Of a stretch of 64,000 bases of DNA, positions 57,116 to 64,000 are shown piece by piece. The notes below the pieces were generated by a model. That model was not told where the DNA came from. It saw only the letters and a program-made list of their open reading frames with translations, and did not search any database. This stretch comes from an uncultured Clostridia bacterium (GTDB lineage Bacteria; Bacillota; Clostridia; Oscillospirales; Ruminococcaceae): the NCBI GenBank assembly GCA_947630845.1, contig CANRJB010000004.1, positions 40,776 through 104,775 of the forward strand, in the 5' to 3' direction. The stretch's first letter is position 1; each line of letters opens with the position of its first letter. Position numbers and translations under genes: made by a program.

Positions 57116-57256
57116 ATGGGCAAAATGGCAAAAGTCTTGGCACTTCTTACTGTGCTGGCTATGGCGTCTGCCGCATTCGTGGCGTGCGGTGGTGGCGATG
57201 ATTCATCTGCGGCTGAAGGCTCTTCTGTAGCAGATGCCTCAACTCCTGATGCATGA
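57116..57256 (+). pseudogene. 46-codon ORF duplicating only the signal peptide, lipobox and first linker residues of the downstream SBP
   Basis: AAGGAGGG SD. MGKMAKVLALLTVLAMASAAFVACGGGDDSSAAEGSSVADAS... compared with the SBP's MSKLTRTLALLATLAMASSAFVACGGGTEESSAPAEGSSVADES.... The upstream region is also duplicated. Confidence 0.4.
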
Positions 57257-57376
57257 GCAAGTGAACGGAAGTTGTAAAGGCAAAAAGGCGAGGCACATCT
57301 CTGATGTGCCCAAACCAACGCATATTATATTACATAGGGTAATATAATAGGATATATCTTAAGGAGGAAATTACCA

Positions 57377-58885
57377 ATGAGCAAACTGACAAGAACACTG
57401 GCACTGCTCGCTACACTGGCTATGGCATCTTCTGCATTCGTAGCTTGTGGCGGCGGCACCGAAGAATCATCCGCACCGGCTGAAGGATCTTCTGTAGCAG
57501 ACGAGTCTTCTGCTGAGGAGGGCGGCGACGAGTCTTCCGCTGAAGAGAGCGGCGACGAGTCCTCTGCTGAGGAGAGCGCAGCAGCAGGCGGCGAGATCAC
57601 ACTTCCTGATGATGGCGGTACACTGAGCATTGTTTGCTGGACTGACACAGACCTGCTGAACATGTTTGATGTATTTGCAAATCACTCTGATGCAGCAGTT
57701 GAGTATGTAAGCTGCGGTGAGAATGGTGCAGGCGCATCTACAGAGTATGCAACATTCCTGAACAGCGGTCAGGACGTAGACCTGTTCGTAGCTGAGGCAG
57801 GCTGGATCCTGAACTACATCAATGACGATACAATGTCTGCTCCTCTGTCTGATCTTGGTCTTTCTGAGGCTGATTATGCAGACGCTTATCAGTACACTGT
57901 TGAGATCGGTACCGATAACAATGGCGTTCTGAAGGCAGCTTCATGGCAGGCAGCTCCCGGCGGTTGGTGCTATAACACTGATCTTGCTCAGCAGTATCTG
58001 GGTATCGAGCCTGATGACACAGATGCAATGCAGGCTAAGGTTAAGGACTGGGATACATTTGCTGCAACTGCTGAGGAACTCAAGACAGCTTCTGACGGTG
58101 CAGTGACTATGACTGCAACTCTGGGCGGTCTGTGGCAGGCATTCTCTACTGCTAAGAACGCAGCTTGGGTTGATGGTACAACTCTGAAGACAGACGTTGC
58201 TGCTGAGTTTACTGACATGGCTAAGGAATATGCTGATGCTGGTTATGTAAATCCTGCTGTTGATCAGTGGTCTGATGACTGGACAGCTGAAGGTCTGAAC
58301 GGTGAGACTCTGGGCTACTTCTACTCCACATGGTGCCTCGCAGCTGGTGCACAGCTTGAGGGTAACGGCGGCAGTGCAGGTAACTGGAGAATCGTCAATG
58401 GTCCGCAGGACTACTTCTGGGGCGGCTCTTGGCTCTGCGTATCCCCGAACTGCAATACTTCCGGCGCAGCTGCTGAGTTTGTAAGAGACTTCACAGTTGA
58501 TCCTGCAATCATGGAAGAGTATTCTCTTGAATCCGGCGACTTCTGCAACAACAAGACTGTTATGGATAAGATCGTTTCCGATGGTTCTAACTCTAACGCT
58601 CTGCTGGGCGGTCAGGATCAGTTCGCTGTCCTGAAGGACGTTGCTGATGGTATCAAGATGTCTGACTCTATCACAAAGTATGACCAGAACCTGAAGGATA
58701 CCTTCGTTGATGTCCTGAAGAAGAATATTACTTCTGATTCCGCTACAATCCTCGATGCTTTCACAACTAAGGCACTGGCTGATAACTCCGACCTGACTTC
58801 TGACGGCGCAGCTCCTGCTGATGATGCAGCTGCTGATGATGCAGCTGCTGACGATGCAGCTGCTGACGATGCAGCTGCTGAGTAA
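57377..58885 (+). CDS. sugar ABC transporter substrate-binding lipoprotein
   Basis: Lipobox FVAC, acidic repeat linker, family-1 SBP-like body, (ADDAA)4 tail. Confidence 0.85.
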   Translation: MSKLTRTLALLATLAMASSAFVACGGGTEESSAPAEGSSVADESSAEEGGDESSAEESGDESSAEESAAAGGEITLPDDGGTLSIVCWTDTDLLNMFDVFANHSDAAVEYVSCGENGAGASTEYATFLNSGQDVDLFVAEAGWILNYINDDTMSAPLSDLGLSEADYADAYQYTVEIGTDNNGVLKAASWQAAPGGWCYNTDLAQQYLGIEPDDTDAMQAKVKDWDTFAATAEELKTASDGAVTMTATLGGLWQAFSTAKNAAWVDGTTLKTDVAAEFTDMAKEYADAGYVNPAVDQWSDDWTAEGLNGETLGYFYSTWCLAAGAQLEGNGGSAGNWRIVNGPQDYFWGGSWLCVSPNCNTSGAAAEFVRDFTVDPAIMEEYSLESGDFCNNKTVMDKIVSDGSNSNALLGGQDQFAVLKDVADGIKMSDSITKYDQNLKDTFVDVLKKNITSDSATILDAFTTKALADNSDLTSDGAAPADDAAADDAAADDAAADDAAAE

Positions 58886-58978
58886 TCAGTAGGGAAGTGA
58901 AATAACATACAACATGAAGCCTGTGGGGGGTTTATGCCCCCCCATAGGCAATATGTTGTAATATAATGTGTTGAGAGG

Positions 58979-60016
58979 GTGAAAGCTATGGCTTCGGCTG
59001 CACAACGTCGTATCAAAGCGATATCTTACGCCAAGTATGGATACATGTTCATTGCACCTTTTTTCCTTGTGTATTGCTTTTTCCAGATTTGGCCTTTAAT
59101 TTACACTTTTATTTTATCATTCAAGGGCAACCAGTCAGCTAATACTGAATGGGTTGGGTTTGATAACTATTCTACCATTCTGTTCGGACAGGGCACCGCC
59201 GAGGGCGCACCAGGTGTACAGACGGAATTCCTTCATGCGCTTGGGAATACATTTATTCTCTGGTTTGGTAACTTTGTTCCACAGATTTTGCTTTCTCTGC
59301 TCCTTGCTGTATGGTTTACGGACGCAAAAGTAAAGCTTCCAGGTAAAGGGTTCTTCAAGGTTGTTATGTACATGCCGAATATCATCACCGCTGCATCCGT
59401 TGCAGCTCTGTATGTCAGCCTGTTCGGTGACTCCAAGAATTACTTTATCAATGCGACAATGTTGAATCTGGGTCTGATATCAGAACCAATCAAATTTGTA
59501 TCCGGTCCGGTTGCCTCCAAGATCATGGTCATGTTTATTCAGACGTGGCTCTGGTTCGGTAATACCATGATCATGCTGATGTCCGGTATTATGGGTATTA
59601 ACCCGTCTCTGTTTGAAGCTGCTGATATTGACGGCGCAAGCTCTACACAGCAGTTCTTCAAGATCACCATTCCGCTGCTCCAGCCTATCATGGTTTACAC
59701 ACTTGTTACCTCCATGATCGGTGGACTCCAGATGTTTGACATTCCGTATCTGTTCCATACAGGTGCAAGATTCTCCAGAGAACTCGAAACGGTTGCAGTA
59801 TTCATTTACTACAACTTCAACAAGGGTACTGTCGATCAGGCAAGCTATGGTTATGCCGGCGCAGCCTCAATTATCATCTTTGCGATTACTGCCGCACTTG
59901 GCTCCATTACGTTCTATATGAACCGTGATAAGGATGCGATTGCGAAGAAGAAACAGCGTAAAAAGGCTGAGAAGCAGTATAAGGCTAAGATGAAGCAAGG
60001 AGGTCTGTCGATATGA
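58979..60016 (+). CDS. carbohydrate ABC transporter permease (MalF-like)
   Basis: 6 TM helices, EAA loop FEAADIDGASSTQQFFKITIPLL. Start is GTG 58979 or ATG 58988. Confidence 0.9.
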   Translation: MKAMASAAQRRIKAISYAKYGYMFIAPFFLVYCFFQIWPLIYTFILSFKGNQSANTEWVGFDNYSTILFGQGTAEGAPGVQTEFLHALGNTFILWFGNFVPQILLSLLLAVWFTDAKVKLPGKGFFKVVMYMPNIITAASVAALYVSLFGDSKNYFINATMLNLGLISEPIKFVSGPVASKIMVMFIQTWLWFGNTMIMLMSGIMGINPSLFEAADIDGASSTQQFFKITIPLLQPIMVYTLVTSMIGGLQMFDIPYLFHTGARFSRELETVAVFIYYNFNKGTVDQASYGYAGAASIIIFAITAALGSITFYMNRDKDAIAKKKQRKKAEKQYKAKMKQGGLSI

Positions 60017-60942
60017 GCATGAAGCAGCAGTATGGACAGTCCAAGGATAATTACCATGCAAAGATCATTATAAAATCAACTTTGATTTTTATTGTTTGTC
60101 TGTTGCTGACCTTGATCTGTCTGATTCCGATTTACATTATTATTGTCAATGCGACACATGCACATCTTGACCTTACCGCAAATCCGTCTAACTTCTGGTT
60201 TGGCGGCAGTCTTGGCGATAATATCAAGACACTGATGAATAAGCTTCCGGATGATGCAAGTAAGACTGCGATCCGTGTTGCAAGGCAGTACAACAATTCC
60301 TTTAACGTTGGCCGTGGTTATCTTAACAGCCTGATTATTGCCGGTTCTACAACGATTCTGACTGTATTTTTCTCTGCGCTGACAGCGTATGGTCTTACAG
60401 TCTATGATTTCAAGATGAGCGGTCCGGCTTATACCTTTATCATCGGCGTTATGATGATTCCGGTACAGGTATCTTCCGCTGGTTTTGTACGTTTCATGTA
60501 CTCTCTTGGTCTGATCAACAACTTCATTCCGCTGATCGTTCCGGCGATTGCAGCACCTGCTGTAATCTTCTTCATGGTATCCTACATGAAGTCAAGTTTC
60601 CCACTTGATATCGTAGAGGCTGCCAGAATTGACGGATGCGGTGAATTGCGTACATTCCTGACCATTGCGATCCCGATGATGAAACCGGCTATCGCAGTAC
60701 AGGCAATCTTTGCTTTCGTTGCAAACTGGAACAACTACTATACGCAGAATATGATCCTGAAAGATGAGAAGTTTGCAACCGTACCGATTATGATTTCTAA
60801 GGTACTTGCATTTGATAAGAACGTAGATAAGGGTGTCAACTTCCTTTGTGTTACACTCTCCATTCTGCCGATCGTTATCATTTACTTCATTCTTTCCAAG
60901 TTTATCATTGCCGGCGTAGCACTCGGCGGCGTCAAGGAGTAA
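60013..60942 (+). CDS. carbohydrate ABC transporter permease (MalG-like)
   Basis: EAA loop VEAARIDGCGELRTFLTIAIPMM. ATGA overlap with the upstream permease gene. Confidence 0.9.
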   Translation: MSMKQQYGQSKDNYHAKIIIKSTLIFIVCLLLTLICLIPIYIIIVNATHAHLDLTANPSNFWFGGSLGDNIKTLMNKLPDDASKTAIRVARQYNNSFNVGRGYLNSLIIAGSTTILTVFFSALTAYGLTVYDFKMSGPAYTFIIGVMMIPVQVSSAGFVRFMYSLGLINNFIPLIVPAIAAPAVIFFMVSYMKSSFPLDIVEAARIDGCGELRTFLTIAIPMMKPAIAVQAIFAFVANWNNYYTQNMILKDEKFATVPIMISKVLAFDKNVDKGVNFLCVTLSILPIVIIYFILSKFIIAGVALGGVKE

Positions 60943-60968
60943 TCACTCCACAAAATGCAAAACACTTT

Positions 60969-60997
60969 GCCCCTGTCTTTTGACAGGGGCTTTTTTT
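60969..60997 (+). terminator. terminator after the ABC operon
   Basis: GCCCCTGTC-TTTT-GACAGGGGC, then T7. Confidence 0.85.
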
Positions 60998-61005
60998 AAC
61001 CATAA

Positions 61006-61027
61006 AAAGAGAGGCAAAGCCTCTCTT
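61006..61027 (-). terminator. terminator of the topoisomerase subunit A gene
   Basis: AGAGAGGC-AAA-GCCTCTCT. On the minus strand it is followed by TTTTTATGG. Confidence 0.75.
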
Positions 61028-63253
61028 TTACCATAATGTAGTCTGGTTGATGTCTTCCAGATTTTTAGCTTGTTTTCCGACTGCGGGAATGTTTTTTGTC
61101 CGATAAGTTTCGAGCTGTGGTAGTTGTTCCTCCTCCGGCAGATAGGCAGAGGTCAGCGTCTGTCCATTTTTCAGATTCATCACATTCACGCCCTGTGTCT
61201 GTCTGGTGGTTTTTTCAGGGATGTCAGCCGTGGAAAAGAGCAGTGCCTTGTTGGCAGAGGACTGCACCAGCATGTCCCGATCATCAGTCAGGTAGAACAT
61301 TGCTACAAGGGGAGACTTATCTGAATAGGCGTTCGTCAGCTTTTTGCGGTTTTTAGTTTCATACGCAGAGAGGGGAACTTTGGCAGCCTTGCCATTTGCA
61401 AAGACAAACACTAACATTCCCTTGTAGTCCGTTGTCGTGACCATACCTGCGACATGTTCATCTTCATTAAATCCAAGCTTGACGGGGATGAAGTCACCAA
61501 GCACACTTGCTTTTGTATCGTCCAGTGCAGAAGCCCGTACCTTATAGACTTCCGCTTTGTCCGTGAAAAACAGCAGCTCTGTCCGGTTGGTCGTCTCGAC
61601 AGTCTGACAGATATAGTCACCTTCTTTGACTTTCTGCTCACCGCTCATGCGCAGGCTCTGGGGGGTAATTTTTTTGAAATATCCCTCTTTTGACAGGAAG
61701 AGATGTACCGGATAATCTGGCGTATCATCCTCCGGTGGTGCGATATCCTCCTCAGTGGCATGGTAGAACATAGTTTTTCGGGGCTGACCATATTTTTTTG
61801 CAGTTTCCTTCAGCTCTTTCTTAATAATTTTCCGGATACGAGCAGGCTTTGCAAGGATGTCCTCCATGTCGGCAATTTCTTCTGCAAGCTTGTCCACATC
61901 CTGAAGTTTATTCATAATATATTCCCGGTTCAGATGCCGCAGCTTGATCTCAGCAACATATTCTGCCTGAATTTCATCAATCGAGAATCCATCCATCAGG
62001 TTCTGCACGACAAGAGCTTCCTCAGGTGTAGCACGGATGATCGCAATCGCCTTGTCAATATCCAGAAGGATTTTCTTTAATCCTTCCAGTAAATGCAGCT
62101 TATGGCGCATTTTGGTCAAATCGAAGTACACTCTCCGCTTCACACAGTCCTCACGGAAATAAAGCCATTCTTCAAGAATTTCCCGGATGCCCATGACCTT
62201 TGGTGTATTGCCGATCAGGACGTTGAAATTGCATCCGAAGGTATCCTGCAAGGGTGTCATCCGGAAGAGTTTCTGCATCAGTTTGTCAGGGTCAGTGCCA
62301 CGCTTGACATCAATTGCCAGACGGAATCCGTTGACATCAATTTCATCACGGGCATAACTGACCTCTCGCAGCTTTCCGGCTTTAGCAAGTTCTGTGATCT
62401 TGTCCTTGATTGCTTCGAGCGTGGTCGTGTAAGGAATTTCGGTAATTTCGATGCAGCCGGCTGCCTTGTCAAAATTCCACTTGGAGCGGAGTTTGATCGA
62501 ACCTCTCCCCGTGTCATAGATCTTACGCAGTTCAGCTTCATCATACAGCAGATAGCCGCCACTTGGAAAGTCTGGTCCTTTCAATGTGGAAAGAAGATCA
62601 TGCGCAGGGTCATCCATCAGCCGGATACAAGTCTCACATAACTCCTGCAAATTAAATGGACATATGTTGCTTGCCATGGATACGGCAATGCCCATGTTGG
62701 CATTGACCAGAATAGTTGGAAATGTTGCCGGCAGCAGGGCAGGTTCAGTCATGGTATTATCATAATTCGGGATAAAATCCACAGTTTCCTTGTCGATGTC
62801 CGCAAACAGCGTTTCGCAGATGGGTGCAAGCTTGACCTCTGTGTAACGAGATGCAGCGAAAGCCATATCTCGTGAATAATGCTTGCCAAAGTTTCCTTTG
62901 GAGTCCACATAGGGATGGAGCAGACACTCATTGGCACGGGTCAGACGCACCATAGTTTCATAGATTGCCTGATCGCCGTGTGGATTCAGACGCATGGTCT
63001 GACCGACCACATTAGCGGATTTGGTACGTGTGCCATTCAGCAGTCCCATTTTATACATCGTATACAGCAATTTTCTGTGAGACGGTTTGAAACCGTCGAT
63101 TTCCGGCAAGGCTCTGGAAATGATGACAGACATTGCATAAGGCAGATAGTTTTTCTCAAGAGTGTCTGTGATGGTTTCCTCCTGCGTAATACCGGCATTC
63201 TCGAACCATGCATCCATCATTGGTTTTGGACGGGATTCTTTTTTTCTTGCCAT
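61028..63253 (-). CDS. type IIA DNA topoisomerase subunit A (GyrA/ParC-like)
   Basis: 741 aa. N-terminal winged-helix and active-site region AASRYTEVKL (catalytic Tyr). Shorter beta-pinwheel C-terminal domain. Confidence 0.85.
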   Translation of the reverse strand: MARKKESRPKPMMDAWFENAGITQEETITDTLEKNYLPYAMSVIISRALPEIDGFKPSHRKLLYTMYKMGLLNGTRTKSANVVGQTMRLNPHGDQAIYETMVRLTRANECLLHPYVDSKGNFGKHYSRDMAFAASRYTEVKLAPICETLFADIDKETVDFIPNYDNTMTEPALLPATFPTILVNANMGIAVSMASNICPFNLQELCETCIRLMDDPAHDLLSTLKGPDFPSGGYLLYDEAELRKIYDTGRGSIKLRSKWNFDKAAGCIEITEIPYTTTLEAIKDKITELAKAGKLREVSYARDEIDVNGFRLAIDVKRGTDPDKLMQKLFRMTPLQDTFGCNFNVLIGNTPKVMGIREILEEWLYFREDCVKRRVYFDLTKMRHKLHLLEGLKKILLDIDKAIAIIRATPEEALVVQNLMDGFSIDEIQAEYVAEIKLRHLNREYIMNKLQDVDKLAEEIADMEDILAKPARIRKIIKKELKETAKKYGQPRKTMFYHATEEDIAPPEDDTPDYPVHLFLSKEGYFKKITPQSLRMSGEQKVKEGDYICQTVETTNRTELLFFTDKAEVYKVRASALDDTKASVLGDFIPVKLGFNEDEHVAGMVTTTDYKGMLVFVFANGKAAKVPLSAYETKNRKKLTNAYSDKSPLVAMFYLTDDRDMLVQSSANKALLFSTADIPEKTTRQTQGVNVMNLKNGQTLTSAYLPEEEQLPQLETYRTKNIPAVGKQAKNLEDINQTTLW

Positions 63254-63279
63254 GTAGGTGTTCCTTTCTGAATTAGTTT

Positions 63280-63345
63280 ATACCGATCCTTTTCATTCTG
63301 ATAGACAAATTCTATCGGATGAAGCTGCTGAAAGCGGCGTTAAGG
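63280..63345 (-). repeat. conserved 66-nt leader motif, copy B (5' UTR of the topoisomerase subunit A gene)
   Basis: Its reverse complement aligns with 23985-24051 and with the reverse complement of 27361-27427 (about 80-83% identity, one 1-nt gap). Confidence 0.85.
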
Positions 63346-63446
63346 ATGATAGAAGACGGCAATTGGCGCAGCCAGTCGCAGCCTGCGCAGCAAGCGTTTT
63401 CCCATCATTCTGTCGGGAGAATCATAGGAAATTGTATTACTTATAC

Positions 63447-63475
63447 ATCTTACCACATTCCGGAACAAAAGTCAA
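63447..63475 (-). promoter_or_regulatory. promoter of the topoisomerase subunit A gene
   Basis: Minus strand: TTGACT (63475-63470), 17-nt spacer, TAAGAT (63452-63447). Confidence 0.5.
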
Positions 63476-63501
63476 GCACCCGATCGTGATTTATCGGGTG
63501 C
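63476..63501 (-). terminator. terminator of the DUF3810 gene
   Basis: GCACCCGAT/ATCGGGTGC stem overlapping the stop codon. On the minus strand it is followed by TTGACTTTTGTT. Confidence 0.65.
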
Positions 63502-64000
63502 GATCATCATCAAGATAGTAGTGCAGAAGCAGTGCTGTCATGCCGTAGTAACTCTGACTGCCGGAAGGAATGCCATTGATCTTCAATGAAGTGTCCATGA
63601 CCGTGTTGGCAGTGTCATTGACAATATCCGTAGGAATGACCTCCTGTTCCTCATGGATATCCCAGAAATCATCCGGGACAAAGCTGTAGAGATCTGTTCT
63701 GGCCCCTACGCTCAGGTCGTCCATAATGGCATAGTATGCCTCCCATGCTGCTTCATCCTCACCGAAGTCCACATTCATCCACTCCAGTGCGGAAATATAA
63801 GCCGAATACCGAAAATCTGCACTGTCACTTCCTATACACGCCAAAAATGCATAGTATCCAGCCTCGTCCTCGAAAATATTACCCTTGAGATGGGTATACT
63901 CATGGCAAATCGTCACCGGCAGATTGATGGGATAGACTGCCGGGTTATAATTTGCTTCCATTGTATGCGGAAAATAGATGCCGAGCAATCCTTCCTGTGA
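63491..64000 (-). CDS. DUF3810-like putative zinc metallopeptidase (N-terminus outside window)
   Basis: Frame is open to the window edge. HEYTH (HExxH) motif. Confidence 0.7.
   Translation of the reverse strand, partial: SQEGLLGIYFPHTMEANYNPAVYPINLPVTICHEYTHLKGNIFEDEAGYYAFLACIGSDSADFRYSAYISALEWMNVDFGEDEAAWEAYYAIMDDLSVGARTDLYSFVPDDFWDIHEEQEVIPTDIVNDTANTVMDTSLKINGIPSGSQSYYGMTALLLHYYLDDDRTR

Overview
This is a Firmicutes (Clostridia) chromosomal segment, probably from a Ruminococcus/Oscillospiraceae-like cellulolytic organism, since it carries a dockerin-bearing GH5 enzyme. About 90% is coding and most genes are housekeeping. Main blocks: infC-rpmI-rplT; trmH-like, dprA, topA, trmFO; plsX-rnc-radical SAM-smc-ftsY; rdgB-yhbY-nadD-yqeK-LCP-rsfS-leuS; rpsU; yqeG-aroQ-pepP-efp; flavin reductase-glnA-ANTAR regulator; TetR/AraC regulators; queA; a lysine riboswitch driving asd-dapA-dapB; pcrA; thyX-DJ1-5FCL-mltG-U32 peptidase; HD protein; DUF421/DUF4363; RHH protein-clpB; GH5-dockerin; gltB-gltD; LacI with a sugar ABC transporter; an orphan gyrA/parC-like subunit; DUF3810. 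I found no rRNA, tRNA, CRISPR array, transposase or recognisable defence system. The strongest unexplained signal is a 66-67 nt sequence present three times at about 80-85% identity. Each copy sits in the sense orientation in the transcribed leader of an unrelated gene: flavin reductase-glnA, the TetR gene and the topoisomerase A-subunit gene. It looks like an undescribed cis-regulatory RNA or leader element. Other items worth a second look: an RHH-domain protein co-transcribed with clpB, whose promoter carries CAAATT repeats at exact 20-bp spacing, with no CtsR or CIRCE site; a roughly 245-nt promoter-to-terminator unit with CU-rich (anti-SD-like) loops, a possible sRNA; leader terminators upstream of gltBD and glnA, next to an ANTAR regulator with a degenerate receiver; an FtsY with an unusual acidic C-terminal tail carrying two [10 protein letters not shown] motifs; and a 59-codon very basic ORF translationally coupled to plsX. 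All functional calls come from reading the translated ORFs and motifs by eye. No database search was run.
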